64,000 nt of DNA from Candidatus Cloacimonadota bacterium (lineage in GTDB: Bacteria; Cloacimonadota; Cloacimonadia; G963667145). The notes beneath the pieces were generated by a model, which saw only the letters and a list, made by a program, of their open reading frames with translations, did not search any database and was not told the DNA's origin. Both the position numbers and the translations under genes were made by a program. Positions 50,521 through 62,173 of the stretch are shown here, in pieces (within the stretch, counting starts at the first letter, position 1; each line of letters opens with the position of its first letter). The DNA lies in assembly GCA_963667255.1 (NCBI GenBank), contig OY762940.1:1376001-1440000 (forward strand). Reading direction: 5' to 3'.

Positions 50521-51517
50521 GTGAAACACCGTCCAATAAATTGTAACTTTCAAAATTCTCTTTAAAAAAATTTATCGCATACGCCATATCTTCGGGCAAA
50601 TCTGCCGTAAATTCCAATTTTTCTCGAGTTATAGGATGAACAAAAGAGAGTGTGGAGGAGTGCAACGCCATCCTCTGCAAACGATTTTTGAACAAGTTCC
50701 CCATCTTTTTCCCATAAGACGGCGGAACTCTGAGAATTGCACTCTTGTTATTCCCATAAACTTCGTCCGCCAAAATCGGATGCCCGAGATGAGCCAAATG
50801 AACTCGAATCTGATGAGTCCTGCCAGTCAAGATTTTGACCTTGACCAGCGAAAAAAAATCGTAACTTTCCAGAGTTGTATATTCGGAAATCGCCAACTTC
50901 CCCTGTGAATAAACACCCATTTTGCGAAAGTCTTTTTTACTGCGAGCGATAAAATTTTCTATTCTCCCACTGCGTGGCTCTACATTACCTAAAACCAATG
51001 CCAAATATTGCTTATCAATCTTTCTCTCGGAAAACATTTTGACCAACTCAAGTGCCGTTTTATCGTTCTTGGCTATCAACATCAATCCTGAAGTATCTTG
51101 GTCTAACCGATGAACAATCCCTGGTCTGACCGTGTCCATATTCGCCAAATCCTCGCCGAACCGCTCCAACAATCCTCCGACCAAAGTTCCGTGAAATTGC
51201 CCATTTCCCGGATGAACACAAAGTCCGGCAGGCTTATCTACCACAGCGAGATAATCGTCTTCGTAAACAACACCGAAATCAATTTTTTCCGAAATTAGCT
51301 TATTTTCACTTGGTGCTTCTTCTTCCTTCGCCACTTCCACCAAATCGCCCTTGCACAACTTGAAACTCTTCTTCTGTTGCTCCTCTCCGTTTACCCTAAC
51401 CAAACCAGCATTTATTACTTTTTCAGCCTTAGCTCGGGAAACAAAATTCCCTTGCAAAAATTTATCCAGTCGCAAACCATCTTCATCGGTAACCTCAAAA
51501 ATCTGTTTACTGCTCAC
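50513..51517 (-). CDS. rluD: RluA/RluD-family pseudouridine synthase
   Basis: S4 RLD, KPAG, RPGIVHRLD, TGRTHQIRVH. Confidence 0.9.
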   Translation of the reverse strand: MSSKQIFEVTDEDGLRLDKFLQGNFVSRAKAEKVINAGLVRVNGEEQQKKSFKLCKGDLVEVAKEEEAPSENKLISEKIDFGVVYEDDYLAVVDKPAGLCVHPGNGQFHGTLVGGLLERFGEDLANMDTVRPGIVHRLDQDTSGLMLIAKNDKTALELVKMFSERKIDKQYLALVLGNVEPRSGRIENFIARSKKDFRKMGVYSQGKLAISEYTTLESYDFFSLVKVKILTGRTHQIRVHLAHLGHPILADEVYGNNKSAILRVPPSYGKKMGNLFKNRLQRMALHSSTLSFVHPITREKLEFTADLPEDMAYAINFFKENFESYNLLDGVSHV

Positions 51518-52256
51518 CCTTCTTCTCTTTCTTCTTTGCACTGTTTTTCACACTGATGGCAATCACATAGCCAATAATTTCCAAAGTCTGACTCCGCACC
51601 ACTGCACTTTTCAGCCCGAAATGCAACTCCAATTTTTTCATATTATAGAAAATCGGCTCAACAGCATCTTTTTCCTCAATAACGCTCGTCACATACTCTT
51701 TCAACTTTTGTGAGCCCGGACTCAAATTGGCATTAATCAAATTAGTCCCTTCCTCTATCTCTGGGAAATAATCTCTGATTTGATGAGACAAACTCGCCAC
51801 AATACCTTGAGCATTTACCACCAAAAAAGCGTCGGAAGCTATACTATACAAGGCATCAAATCTTGATTTTTGCTCCAAAACCTTACCTCGTTTCAGCTCG
51901 TCAAACTCCTTCAGCTCATTATACATAATTCGGAGATTTTCGTAAACACCGGTAATTTCCTTCTCTGCATCAGGCACGACGATTTCCGAATTAAATTTCC
52001 CGATAGCAATATCTTTGATAATTCTGGAAATTCCCGATAGCATCCTCGTCAAAAATTTGGGAACAAACAAAAACAAAGTCACTCCCAAACCAAATTGCAA
52101 AATTACCAAAATCATAAGATTGTTAATAAAAGCGTTCTTAATGTGAGCATCTGCGATAGAGTAGGCATCTGTAAAACGCAGTGTATAAACAAATTGAGCA
52201 ATTGCAAATATCACGAAAAAAATCACAAACACTCTCAAGGTCAATTTTAACTTCAT
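51507..52256 (-). CDS. Membrane protein with two TM helices, HAMP-like and PAS-like regions, no kinase domain
   Basis: TM-TM, IAIGKFN...EI (HAMP-like), DAFLVVNAQG (PAS-like). Confidence 0.55.
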   Translation of the reverse strand: MKLKLTLRVFVIFFVIFAIAQFVYTLRFTDAYSIADAHIKNAFINNLMILVILQFGLGVTLFLFVPKFLTRMLSGISRIIKDIAIGKFNSEIVVPDAEKEITGVYENLRIMYNELKEFDELKRGKVLEQKSRFDALYSIASDAFLVVNAQGIVASLSHQIRDYFPEIEEGTNLINANLSPGSQKLKEYVTSVIEEKDAVEPIFYNMKKLELHFGLKSAVVRSQTLEIIGYVIAISVKNSAKKKEKKGEQ

Positions 52257-52259
52257 CTA

Positions 52260-52964
52260 TCAGCTCCTTTTGAATTTCGCCATAAATTGATCGACATTTT
52301 CCTGTAGCCCAATCAACAAAAACGAATCTCCGTCGGACAAAATGTCGTTAGCTTTCGGTCGGTCGTTCATCACATAATGAATTTGATTGGTTCCGTATTC
52401 ATCCACAAATTTTTTCCGCCTCTTTATCGCTATAACATTCAGACCGTATTTTGCCAAAATTTCCGCCTCGGACAGAGATTTGCCAAAAAATTGCTCGGGA
52501 ATCTCTATCTCTATCAATGAGTGTGTCTTAGAAATTTCTGTATAGCCCAAAATATTGTTGTGCAAAATCGTTCTCGCCAACTCAACTCCCACTTTCTCCT
52601 CGGGGAAAATCACATTGGACACGCCCATTTTATCCAAAATATCTTTATGGATTTGGTCTTTTACCTTGCTGAAAACAACGGGAATCTTAAGCTTTTTCAA
52701 CAACATATTGATTGTAATATTCACTTCAATGTTGTTGCAGGTCGCCACAATCACGGCATCCATATCGTGCAATCCGAGTTGATTAAGCACATTCTCATCC
52801 GTAGCATCCGCATTCACGGCAGAGCCGACCAATCCCAACGCTTGCAATTTATCGGTCAACTTTTTATCTATGTCCACAGCCCACACTTCTGCTCCGGCTT
52901 CAAACAACTCCGAAGCAACCGTAATCCCAAATTTGCCCAAACCCAATACTGCATATTTACTCAT
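52260..52964 (-). CDS. trkA: Trk/Ktr potassium uptake NAD-binding subunit
   Basis: GLGKFG, DATD, FPE, TrkA-C domain. Confidence 0.9.
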   Translation of the reverse strand: MSKYAVLGLGKFGITVASELFEAGAEVWAVDIDKKLTDKLQALGLVGSAVNADATDENVLNQLGLHDMDAVIVATCNNIEVNITINMLLKKLKIPVVFSKVKDQIHKDILDKMGVSNVIFPEEKVGVELARTILHNNILGYTEISKTHSLIEIEIPEQFFGKSLSEAEILAKYGLNVIAIKRRKKFVDEYGTNQIHYVMNDRPKANDILSDGDSFLLIGLQENVDQFMAKFKRS

Positions 52965-52996
52965 AATCTATTCAACTCCTTTCCCCCGAAAATACA

Positions 52997-54730
52997 TCAT
53001 CCAATGTTAATATTCTCAACGGGATATAAAAAGGCTTTGCCCTTCTTGGTGTCCGACAAAGCAAAAATAATCGTAAGCGGTCCTATTCTACCGAAAAACA
53101 TCAAAAATATAACAACCAATTTTCCTGCCCAAGAAAGACCGGAAGTTATACCCATACTCAATCCAACAGTGCCAAAAGCGGAAACAGCCTCAAAAATAAT
53201 CTCCTTAAATCCAAAAGGCTCCAAAGCAAAAAGGAAGAAAATCGCTATCAAAAGAGTCAGCATAGAGATAGCAAGCAACGCCATCACCTGATTGAGTTTC
53301 TCCAAAGGGATGCTCCTTTTGAAGACGGTAATCCGCTTGTTCCCTGTCAGCAGTGAAATAACAGCCACGGCGACAATCGCCAAAGTTGTTGTCTTGATGC
53401 CACCACCTGTGGAACTTGGGCTAGCACCTATCAGCATAAAAAGCAAAGTCCAAATAAACGAAGAATCGGAAAGTGTTGCTTGGTCGATAGTGTTAAACCC
53501 ACAAGTTCTGGTAGTAACTGACTGGAAAAAAGAGTGTCCTATTCTCTCCAAGCTCCCAAAATGGTTCATGGAACTATTGACCTCAAAAAAGTAATAAAAA
53601 ATTGTTCCGCCAATCAACAAAATGGCAGTTGTATTCACCACAATTTTCGTATGCAACGACAAGCGATTAAATTGCAAATTCCTGCTTTTTATCAATTCCC
53701 AAAAATTGATGAGGCACGGAAATCCTAATCCGCCCAAAATTATTAGCATAGGAACGACAAAAACGATAGACCAATTCAAATCTATGTCGGCAAAACTCCC
53801 AGGATAGAGGGAAAATCCAGCATTGCAAAAAGAGGAAATGGAATGGAAAACAGCAAAATATCCCGATTTTAGATAAGAATATTCCAAATTTCTAAAATTG
53901 AAATACAACAAAATCGCACCCACAAACTCAATGGTAAATGTGAGAATTACAACATTTCGGATGATTCCGCCTATGCTAAATCCTCTCAAATATCCACCTA
54001 CACTTTCCACCATAGTCTTACCTGCGGAGTTGATTTTTTCGCCGATTATCAGAGCAAATAAAGTAGAAATCGTCATAATTCCCAGTCCGCCTATTTGGAT
54101 TAAGATAAGAATCACAACTTGCCCGAAAAGAGTAAAATAGGTGTAAGTATTTTCCACAACCAAGCCCGTAACACAAACTGCCGAAGTGGAGGTAAAAAAA
54201 GCGTCTATCAAAGAAATATTCCCTCTAACTACCGACATCGGCAACTTGAGAAGCACTGCCCCCAAAAAAATCATCAGCAAGAAAGTTATGATTACCAAAT
54301 AAAAAGGGTTGTTGTAATATTTAATCGGGAACGGGATATCCTGAGAACTCACCGAAAATGTGTAAAGAAATCTGGAAATTTGCCGAAAAATTATAAACAA
54401 AAAGAAAAGACTTCCTCCCAAATTGAACGCAAAAAAGAAAACCAGCAAGCTCTCCACCACAATAAAAATCCGGCGAACAAGGGGAAATTTTAGGAACTCA
54501 AAATAGAAAAAGAAAACATTAACTCCATAGCAACCGAGAACAATGTGAGCGTAATAGCGGATGAAAAAATTTTGCGAAATATCGGAAATCTTAATTCCCA
54601 ACAATAAGAAAGTAAGATTTAAAGCGGCAAAAAAATAAAGTACTACCCGAAAAGTAGTACTTAATTTCTCGATTTTACTGTAAACTCTCTTTGATTTTTT
54701 CAAAAACCTGCTCCGGTGTTTGATCAGCAT
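52997..54730 (-). CDS. trkH: Trk/Ktr potassium uptake membrane subunit (start uncertain)
   Basis: SAVCVTGL, FCNAGF, TRTCGF, STGGGIK, SAFGTVGLS. Confidence 0.9.
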   Translation of the reverse strand: MLIKHRSRFLKKSKRVYSKIEKLSTTFRVVLYFFAALNLTFLLLGIKISDISQNFFIRYYAHIVLGCYGVNVFFFYFEFLKFPLVRRIFIVVESLLVFFFAFNLGGSLFFLFIIFRQISRFLYTFSVSSQDIPFPIKYYNNPFYLVIITFLLMIFLGAVLLKLPMSVVRGNISLIDAFFTSTSAVCVTGLVVENTYTYFTLFGQVVILILIQIGGLGIMTISTLFALIIGEKINSAGKTMVESVGGYLRGFSIGGIIRNVVILTFTIEFVGAILLYFNFRNLEYSYLKSGYFAVFHSISSFCNAGFSLYPGSFADIDLNWSIVFVVPMLIILGGLGFPCLINFWELIKSRNLQFNRLSLHTKIVVNTTAILLIGGTIFYYFFEVNSSMNHFGSLERIGHSFFQSVTTRTCGFNTIDQATLSDSSFIWTLLFMLIGASPSSTGGGIKTTTLAIVAVAVISLLTGNKRITVFKRSIPLEKLNQVMALLAISMLTLLIAIFFLFALEPFGFKEIIFEAVSAFGTVGLSMGITSGLSWAGKLVVIFLMFFGRIGPLTIIFALSDTKKGKAFLYPVENINIG

Positions 54731-55307
54731 TGACCTTTACCAAAAGACCTTTAGAAGCAAAAAAGTCCAAAAGAGGTGCGGTTTGCTCATTGAAAGTAGA
54801 GACTCTCTTGGCAATTGCCACAGGATTATCATCGGCTCTTCTTTGCAAATCACCGCCACATTTATCACACTTATCCACAACTTTCGGCTTGTTAATAAGA
54901 TTATATTCAATCTTGCAGACAGGGCAATTTTGTCTGGCGGACATTCTGGCAATCGCCAAATCTTCAGCCAAATCCATATAAATCACTTTATCTATCGCAA
55001 ACTCCTGCAAAAGAAATTCCGCTTGAGAAGTGTTGCGGGGAAATCCATCCAATATAAAGCCTTTGCCTTGCTTATCAATATCATCTTTCAACAATCTGAT
55101 TACCAACTCATCGGGAACAAGTGCACCTTCATCCAAATATCCCTTCAGCTCTTTGCCCAACTCAGTTTGCTCGGCTATATGTGCTCTAAACAAATCACCG
55201 GTGCTGATGTGAGCCAAATCAAAAAGCTCCTTGATTCTTTTGGACTGAGTGCCTTTGCCACAGCCCTGAATCCCCATTATACAAATAGCTAACTTACCTT
55301 TATACAT
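54675..55307 (-). CDS. adk: Adenylate kinase with Zn lid
   Basis: GIQGCGKGTQ, HISTGDLFR, LDGFPR, CxxC...CxxC. Confidence 0.94.
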   Translation of the reverse strand: MYKGKLAICIMGIQGCGKGTQSKRIKELFDLAHISTGDLFRAHIAEQTELGKELKGYLDEGALVPDELVIRLLKDDIDKQGKGFILDGFPRNTSQAEFLLQEFAIDKVIYMDLAEDLAIARMSARQNCPVCKIEYNLINKPKVVDKCDKCGGDLQRRADDNPVAIAKRVSTFNEQTAPLLDFFASKGLLVKVNADQTPEQVFEKIKESLQ

Positions 55308-56260
55308 TATATTATCTCCTTATTTTTTGAAAAATTAATTACCTTGTCAATCACCACACCATCGGACTTGCTGTCTTTCATATGCACCATCAACTCACAA
55401 ATAAGACCTATGGAAATGAATTGCACGCCTATCACGGACAAAAGAACTGCCAACATCAAAAGCGGTCTGCCGGATATCCCCTCAACCAAAAAATATTTGA
55501 TATACAAAAGATACAAACAGAGAGCAAACCCTGCTAAAGCCATTAGCGAACCCATACCTCCGAAAAAATAAATCGGGCTTTTTTTGTATTTTGTGATTAC
55601 CCTGATAGTAAGAAAATCGAGAAATCCCCGCAAATAGCGTTCCACTCCGTATTTAGACTTTCCGTGCTCTCTCTTGCGATGCTCCACTACCACTTCCCCA
55701 CAACTAAACCCTTTCGCCTTAGCCAACACGGGGATATATCTGTGCAATTCGCCGTAAATATTGAGATTATCAACAACTTTTTTCTTATAAGCCTTGAAAC
55801 CGCAATTGTAATCGTGCAAGTCCATTCTGAAAAATTTGGAAACAACAAAATTAAAAATCTTGGATGGCAAAGTTTTCCCGAGCGGGTCAAATCTTCTTTT
55901 TTTCCACCCGCTAACCATATCATAACCTTCGTCCAAATTCTCCAAAAATTTGGGAATCTCTTTGGGATTGTCTTGTAAATCCGCATCCAAGGTAAAGACA
56001 ATTTCACCTTCTGCTGACTCAAAACCCTTTTGAATAGCCGCAGATTTCCCAAAATTTCGCTGAAACTTAATGACTTGAACTTTGCTATCAGCCTCAGCAA
56101 GATTTTTCATCACGCCAAAACTGCCGTCTCCTGAGCCATCATCCACAAAAATGATTTGATAATCGTCTCCACCGGGAATATTTTCCTTAATCTCTCGATA
56201 CAGCGTCCCAATAGTTGCTTCTTCATTAAGCACAGATATCACAAACGAAAGCAATTTCAA
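55307..56260 (-). CDS. GT2 polyprenol-phosphate glycosyltransferase (ArnC/Dpm1-like)
   Basis: VDDGS, RNFGKS, DADLQD, GELHRYIP; TTG start after GGAGG. Confidence 0.88.
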   Translation of the reverse strand: MKLLSFVISVLNEEATIGTLYREIKENIPGGDDYQIIFVDDGSGDGSFGVMKNLAEADSKVQVIKFQRNFGKSAAIQKGFESAEGEIVFTLDADLQDNPKEIPKFLENLDEGYDMVSGWKKRRFDPLGKTLPSKIFNFVVSKFFRMDLHDYNCGFKAYKKKVVDNLNIYGELHRYIPVLAKAKGFSCGEVVVEHRKREHGKSKYGVERYLRGFLDFLTIRVITKYKKSPIYFFGGMGSLMALAGFALCLYLLYIKYFLVEGISGRPLLMLAVLLSVIGVQFISIGLICELMVHMKDSKSDGVVIDKVINFSKNKEII

Positions 56261-56264
56261 TCTC

Positions 56265-56873
56265 TTATCCTCCGATGTTAAAACCAATCGCCAGCACAAC
56301 AGCTGTAGCCAGTGGCATTTTCAAATTGTCATCCAACTTCCCGGGAACTAACTCGGTCACTGTGGCAACCAACGCCCCAAGGCAACAAATCGTCCAAAAA
56401 AGCATTTCAGAAGGAGCAACCCCTCTGTTTCCAAAAAAATAAACACAACCCAAACAAGCAGCGAAACAAGACAAAGAACCTTCCAAGCTCTTATTCCCGA
56501 TTTTAATTCTCCCAAATTTCTTCCCAATCAAAGCAGCAACTGTATCTCCAATTCCCAAAAAACTTAAAGCCAAAAAAGCCACCTCTCCTTGAAAAAAAAC
56601 AACGCAAACTATGCACGAAATCAACAGATAAAAAGAGCCTGCCAACTTTCCTTTTTTTTCATGGTCTCGTAGGATAAAGCCACAATATCTATTCAAAAAC
56701 AGACCAAATTTGCTCTCCGACCTTCGCAAAAACTCATAAGCAAAAAACAAAGAGAAAACAAGCAAAATCCAAAATAAAGCCCACGGTTTATTGTAATCGA
56801 GCCAATATTTGTAGCCGAAAGGAATGCCCAACGAAGTCAAATGAACTAATTTGCGACAAATTTCGTTTTTCAT
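56265..56873 (-). CDS. Polyprenol/phytol kinase-family membrane protein
   Basis: RKLVH, GDTVAALIGKKFG, KSLEGS, DDNL. Confidence 0.85.
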   Translation of the reverse strand: MKNEICRKLVHLTSLGIPFGYKYWLDYNKPWALFWILLVFSLFFAYEFLRRSESKFGLFLNRYCGFILRDHEKKGKLAGSFYLLISCIVCVVFFQGEVAFLALSFLGIGDTVAALIGKKFGRIKIGNKSLEGSLSCFAACLGCVYFFGNRGVAPSEMLFWTICCLGALVATVTELVPGKLDDNLKMPLATAVVLAIGFNIGG

Positions 56874-59800
56874 TAAACCTCATTCTTCCCGCAACACTTC
56901 TTATATTTTTTCCCACTACCGCACGGACAAAGGTCGTTTCTGCCGATTTTCTGCTCCACTACCCTCTGCCGAACTTGAGCGGATTCATCAATGTGACTTG
57001 GGTCATAAGCAGAAGTATTGGAATGAGATAAATTCAATTTATCGTCACTCTGCATTTTGTTCGGTTGCACAGCTATCCTAAAAATGAAAACCTTCTTGGC
57101 AACCGTTTCCGCAATGTTGGTCAACAAATCCTCAAAAAGTTTGAAACTCTCTTTTTTATACTCGATGAGCGGGTCTCTTTGCCCGTAAGAACGCAACCCG
57201 ATGCCTTCCTTGAGCGAGTCCATCTCATGCAAGTGCTCACGATACAACTCATCAACCGTTTCCAAAAGAACATATCTTTCTATCTGCTCCACAAGGTTAT
57301 CGCCCATTCTGTCCACCTTGTTGTGATAAGCAGACAAAACATCTTCCACCAATCTCTTTTCCAAATCAACAGGCTCATAATCATCCGGCTCCAACTGCAA
57401 ATCCAACATCCTGTTCACTTTAGTTATCAAACCTGCAATATCAATCTCGCCTTCAGAATTGACAGCGGAATATTCATCAAGCCGATTATAAACAAAATCT
57501 TCGATAAAATCGAGAATTTCTCCTCGCACACTCAGACCTTCCAACACCTTTTTCCGATAAGAATAGATTATCTCCCGCTGGCTGCTGCCAACTTGGTCGT
57601 ATTCCAACAAATTCTTTCTGATTTGGAAGTTGTAAGATTCCACTCGTTTTTGAGCCTTTTCCACCGATTTATTCATCCAAGGATGGTAGATAGCTTCTCC
57701 GTCTCGCAAACCCAATTTTTTCATCATCGGAGCTATCCTGTCCGAACCAAATAATCGCATAAGATTATCTTCCAGAGAAAGATAAAATCTGGAAGTTCCC
57801 GGGTCGCCCTGCCTACCTGCACGACCACGCAATTGCCTATCTATCCGCCGAGACTCGTGCCTCTCGGTGCCTATCACATGCAAGCCGTCCATCATTTTAC
57901 CATAAGGAAACTCATCGTTGAATTTTTTATCGTAACCTTGCAAATAGCTTTCTCTGGCTTGGGAGATAACTCCATCTCCAAGTTTAATGTCAGTCCCACG
58001 ACCTGCCATATTCGTAGCAATCGTCACCGCTCCGGGCTGACCGGCTTGTGCTACTATCTCAGCCTCTTTTTGATTTTTCTTCGCGTTAAGCACATTGTGC
58101 GAAATCTTCCGTCGCGAAAGCATTTTGGACAAAAGCTCAGAGACATCAACGGAAACCGTGCCAACCAACACGGGCTTCCCCATTTTGTGCCAATAAACTA
58201 TCTCCTCAATAACAGCCTGATATTTCTCGTTTTTCGTCAGATAAATCATATCGTCGTAATCGACACGAGTAATCGGAACATTCGTCGGCACTTCCAAAAC
58301 GGGCAAATTGTAAATCTCGGCAAACTCCTTGGACTCTGTCACGGCAGTTCCCGTCATACCAGCAATTTTATTGTAAAGCCTAAAATAATTTTGGATAGTT
58401 ACCGTAGCAAAAGTTTGCGAAGCCTTCTCTATCTTCACACCCTCTTTCGCCTCTATCGCCTGATGCAACCCTTCCGAAAATCTCCGACCAGGCATCAATC
58501 TGCCCGTAAATTCATCCACAATCATCACCTTGCCGTCTTGCACCACATACTCTTCGTCCTTATTGAACAAAGCGTAGGCTTTCAAAAGTTGGTCGATATT
58601 ATGGAGTTTTTCGTTCTTATCCAAAAATCTCTCGGAAATTTCCTCTTTCCTCACTAATTTCTCTTTGGCAGACAAATTTTCATCTGAATCAATTTCGTCC
58701 AAAACCTCATCCAACGAACCCATGATAAACAAATCGTCTTCCAACTTGCCAATTTCCGCCTGACCTTTTTCACACAAATGGCAAGAATGCCCCCGCTCAT
58801 CCACCACAAAATACAATTCGTCATCAAACTCGTGCATCTTCTTGTCGCGAATAGCCGCATTCTCCACATCCACCAAAGCCTGCTTATATCGTGCGTCTTT
58901 CATCAATTTCAAAAAAGCCTTTCTCTTGGGCAAAGCTCTTTTTATCTTCAACAAAAATCCGCCAATCTCAAAACTGTCCTTTTCCACATCCAACGCATCG
59001 ATTTTACTCAAAAACTCACCCACCAAATCTCGTTGTAATTTGAACAGTCGGGAAATCGCAGGTTTAAATTCGGGGAAATAGTTTTTGCTCTCCGGCACGG
59101 GACCGCTGATAATCAGAGGCGTTCTCGCTTCATCAATCAAAACACTATCGACCTCATCGATGATAGCATAGTTCAGCTTCCCTTGCACCAATTGGCTCTT
59201 GTCCACCGCCATATTGTCGCGTAGATAATCAAACCCAAACTCGCTGTTAGTTCCATAGACGATGTCCGAAGCGTAAATTTTTTGCTTCTCTTCAGACTCC
59301 ATCATATTTTGCAAACAGCCGACAGTTAGCCCGTGAAACTCAAAAACCGGAGACATCCACTGAGAGTCTCGTTTTGCCAGATAGTCGTTAACCGTAATAA
59401 GATGTGCTCCATCGCCAGTCATCGCATTTAGGAATAGCGGCAACACAGCCACCAAGGTTTTCCCTTCTCCTGTCGCCATCTCCGCTATTTCTCCATCGTG
59501 CAGAGCAATTCCTCCGATTAACTGAACATCAAAAGGAACCATATTCCAAACTTGCTCTTGCTCAACCACCGTGTAGCGAGAGCCAACAAGCCTGCGACAA
59601 GTCTCTTTTACATACGCAAAAACAGGCGGCAAATATTCGTCCAACACCTCTTTGGCAAATTTCTTCAACTGCTGTTGCTGTTTATTGAGAGCGTCGTGAG
59701 TAGCATCGGTTTTATCAGCTTGATACTCCTTCTCCAGCTCAGCCAACAAATCTTTCTCTTTCGCAAGTTTTCTCTGAATATCGTTTTTGAACCCTTGCAG

Positions 59801-59938
59801 ATTATTTTTAAATTCAGCATCAGACAAAAGATGCAAATCTTTAAAAATACCGTTTATTTTATCTACAACAGGATAAAGAGTTTTCAGCTTCTTGGAAGAC
59901 CTATTCCCAAAAGCTTTTTCTATCATCGATTTTAACAT
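56873..59938 (-). CDS. secA: Preprotein translocase subunit SecA
   Basis: [51 protein letters not shown]. Confidence 0.98.
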   Translation of the reverse strand: MLKSMIEKAFGNRSSKKLKTLYPVVDKINGIFKDLHLLSDAEFKNNLQGFKNDIQRKLAKEKDLLAELEKEYQADKTDATHDALNKQQQQLKKFAKEVLDEYLPPVFAYVKETCRRLVGSRYTVVEQEQVWNMVPFDVQLIGGIALHDGEIAEMATGEGKTLVAVLPLFLNAMTGDGAHLITVNDYLAKRDSQWMSPVFEFHGLTVGCLQNMMESEEKQKIYASDIVYGTNSEFGFDYLRDNMAVDKSQLVQGKLNYAIIDEVDSVLIDEARTPLIISGPVPESKNYFPEFKPAISRLFKLQRDLVGEFLSKIDALDVEKDSFEIGGFLLKIKRALPKRKAFLKLMKDARYKQALVDVENAAIRDKKMHEFDDELYFVVDERGHSCHLCEKGQAEIGKLEDDLFIMGSLDEVLDEIDSDENLSAKEKLVRKEEISERFLDKNEKLHNIDQLLKAYALFNKDEEYVVQDGKVMIVDEFTGRLMPGRRFSEGLHQAIEAKEGVKIEKASQTFATVTIQNYFRLYNKIAGMTGTAVTESKEFAEIYNLPVLEVPTNVPITRVDYDDMIYLTKNEKYQAVIEEIVYWHKMGKPVLVGTVSVDVSELLSKMLSRRKISHNVLNAKKNQKEAEIVAQAGQPGAVTIATNMAGRGTDIKLGDGVISQARESYLQGYDKKFNDEFPYGKMMDGLHVIGTERHESRRIDRQLRGRAGRQGDPGTSRFYLSLEDNLMRLFGSDRIAPMMKKLGLRDGEAIYHPWMNKSVEKAQKRVESYNFQIRKNLLEYDQVGSSQREIIYSYRKKVLEGLSVRGEILDFIEDFVYNRLDEYSAVNSEGEIDIAGLITKVNRMLDLQLEPDDYEPVDLEKRLVEDVLSAYHNKVDRMGDNLVEQIERYVLLETVDELYREHLHEMDSLKEGIGLRSYGQRDPLIEYKKESFKLFEDLLTNIAETVAKKVFIFRIAVQPNKMQSDDKLNLSHSNTSAYDPSHIDESAQVRQRVVEQKIGRNDLCPCGSGKKYKKCCGKNEV

Positions 59939-60119
59939 ATACAAATTCCAAATTTTTATCGTAACCTCAAGTCAAACGAAGTAAAGTCAAGACTTTTTTA
60001 TCCTTTTTTGAACTCTTCGGAAAATAATAACACCGCTGAAATTCCAATTAGCCGAATTTATCTGACAACTAATAAATTAAACCAAATATTATTAACTCGA
60101 ATAAAAGGGAAATTAGAGA

Positions 60120-61028
60120 TTACTTGGATTTTACAAAAGTCAGATTTTCAACTTTGCTGTATTCCAATCTGCCCTCTGTAACCAACTTCGCCACCTCTTT
60201 GCTGACGACATGCAAATTTATTCCCAAAATTTCTGACAGTTCCAAAATCGTGCACGGTCTTCTTTTTACAATTTCTCCGATTTGCTGAGGAAGATTTTTA
60301 TCCAGCTGTTTTCGTTTCCCAACTTTATAATTCCTTGTAGGAATATCAACGGGCACTCCCCAGTCAAGTTCAGCTATTTTTTGCAATTTCCCGTATTCTA
60401 CAGGTTGCACCCACGCCTCGCTTCCGGGACGGTCAAGCGAATTTAACTGCACACGATTTGGTTTGATTTCCTGCACAGCCTTGATAAGTTTGCCCAACTC
60501 CTCGGCGGTATCGTTCACTCCGGAGACCAAAAAAATCTCCAGCCACATTTCGCCTGAAAATTTTTTCTGAAAACCAGCCAGTTTCCGCACAATTCCTTTC
60601 GCCAAAATCCCCTTTGCAGGACGATTAATTTCTTCAAAGACTTCCTGACTGACCGCATCCAGCGACGGCACCAAGACATCCACTCGTGGCTCTAAATAAG
60701 AAGAGGAATTGGTAATCAAGCACAATTTGTATTGGGGAAATTTTTGTTTCATAAAGTCGGTGATTTTTTCCAAACAAGTGGACAAAGCGGGTTCACCGTT
60801 ACCGGAAAAAGTAACAAAATCCAACTCAGGACCATCGGACAAATACTCATCCAACTCGAAGATTACTTCCTCTGTCGGCACAAGCTCCGACCGCTCTGTG
60901 CTCAAGCAAGTCGTCCTGCCCGCCTCACAATACACGCAATCAAAACTACAATGTTTGTAAGGGACAATATCGACGCCCAAAGAAAGCCCTAATCTTCTGG
61001 ATAAAATAGGACCAAAAAGATATTTCAT
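60120..61028 (-). CDS. Radical SAM protein (COG0731-like) with C-terminal HTH
   Basis: FGPILSRRLGLSLGVD, CSFDCVYCE, GNGEP. Confidence 0.85.
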   Translation of the reverse strand: MKYLFGPILSRRLGLSLGVDIVPYKHCSFDCVYCEAGRTTCLSTERSELVPTEEVIFELDEYLSDGPELDFVTFSGNGEPALSTCLEKITDFMKQKFPQYKLCLITNSSSYLEPRVDVLVPSLDAVSQEVFEEINRPAKGILAKGIVRKLAGFQKKFSGEMWLEIFLVSGVNDTAEELGKLIKAVQEIKPNRVQLNSLDRPGSEAWVQPVEYGKLQKIAELDWGVPVDIPTRNYKVGKRKQLDKNLPQQIGEIVKRRPCTILELSEILGINLHVVSKEVAKLVTEGRLEYSKVENLTFVKSK

Positions 61029-61033
61029 GAAAA

Positions 61034-61315
61034 TTACCGTTCTACAGTCTTGGGAACGCTAAAATAGACCTCAGAATCTTCGGATTGCCTATTGAGCAAA
61101 GCCAGTTCACGAGCAAAAGATTTTTCCAACTCATCGTCTCGCAAGTCGTCATATTGCAAACAATCTTCAACGGAAATCGCAGAAGAAGCCTCAACATCTC
61201 CTATAACCTTCACATACTCCAAAATCCCATCAAACCCTTCGGTAAACTTTTCGGGATTGTCGAAATCGAGTTTGCAAAGCTCGGCAATTTTTTTTACTTC
61301 ATCTACGCTTATCAT
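61034..61315 (-). CDS. gatC: Asp/Glu-tRNA amidotransferase subunit C
   Basis: EVKKIAELCKL...ILEYV...LRDD...YFSVPK. Confidence 0.8.
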   Translation of the reverse strand: MISVDEVKKIAELCKLDFDNPEKFTEGFDGILEYVKVIGDVEASSAISVEDCLQYDDLRDDELEKSFARELALLNRQSEDSEVYFSVPKTVER

Positions 61316-61337
61316 TTTATCTAACTACCCAGTAAAT

Positions 61338-61883
61338 TTAAGGGTTCATATTTACATTGAGAGGGCTGTCTTCACTCAAAACAAGAGTCCCAACATAATC
61401 GGTGCTATCAGCAAGCAAAATCCTTGTTTGCATAATTTCCATCTCTTCTTTTTTTTTGGCATCAAGTTGAAGTTCACTTTCACTCTTATCTTTGGAGAAA
61501 ATCTTCATATCAAAATTTTTGTGAATATAGCCGGTAACGGAAATCATTATCACACACACAACCAAAATAGGTAGCCCATACAAACACCATTTACTGCTCC
61601 AAATGCTTCTCTTGTCCGTAAAATTTCCAAGACTTTCTTTGACTACTTTCGTTCCAAAATGTTCGGAATCAAAAGCGTCCAAAACCTTGCCGGTATCCGC
61701 TCCTATCAATCGGGCATAAGTATATACAAAATTCCGTGCTAACGCTTTCTTCTCATAGTAATCATCATCGTTTGCCTCTATCGAAGCCAAAGTCTCCACA
61801 GGAATCCTCGTGATAAGAGAGACCTCTTCCAAACTCTTACCAATGGAAGTTCTGTATTCGAATAATAAATCGCCTACTCGCAC
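61338..61883 (-). CDS. RodZ-like HTH membrane protein
   Basis: N-terminal Xre HTH (SLEEVSLITRI...IE...YARLIG), single TM. Confidence 0.7.
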   Translation of the reverse strand: MRVGDLLFEYRTSIGKSLEEVSLITRIPVETLASIEANDDDYYEKKALARNFVYTYARLIGADTGKVLDAFDSEHFGTKVVKESLGNFTDKRSIWSSKWCLYGLPILVVCVIMISVTGYIHKNFDMKIFSKDKSESELQLDAKKKEEMEIMQTRILLADSTDYVGTLVLSEDSPLNVNMNP

Positions 61884-62003
61884 TAACTATTCCTTAAATT
61901 TAAAAAATCACAAACAAAAAAAGAGTCAATTCGGTTAATTATTTTTGTCCTCAACAAAATACTAATCCACCCTCTGACTCCTTAACAAATATCTCAAGTA
62001 AAA

Positions 62004-62079
62004 TGGTGGACCCAAGTGGATTCGAACCACTGACCGTCCGGTTATGAGCCGGAAGCTCTACCAACTGAGCTATAGGTCC
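62004..62079 (-). tRNA. tRNA with CAT anticodon, most likely tRNA-Ile2 (lysidine)
   Basis: GGACCTATAGCTCAGTTGGTAGAGC...CTCATAA...GGTTCGAATCC...GGTCCACCA; acceptor and anticodon stems resemble Ile2 rather than fMet. Confidence 0.9.
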
Positions 62080-62173
62080 AAAAATATTCAATTAATGCAA
62101 ATCAATTTTCCCTACATCTGATGTCAAGAATTTTGTATTTGGAAAATGCAAACAGCCAAAAAGCCACTAATCA

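Noticed and set aside
62004..62079. tRNA as an island attachment site, or as initiator tRNA-fMet
   Set aside because: No integrase or duplicated 3' end nearby; paired 1:72 and no GGG/CCC anticodon stem argue against fMet.
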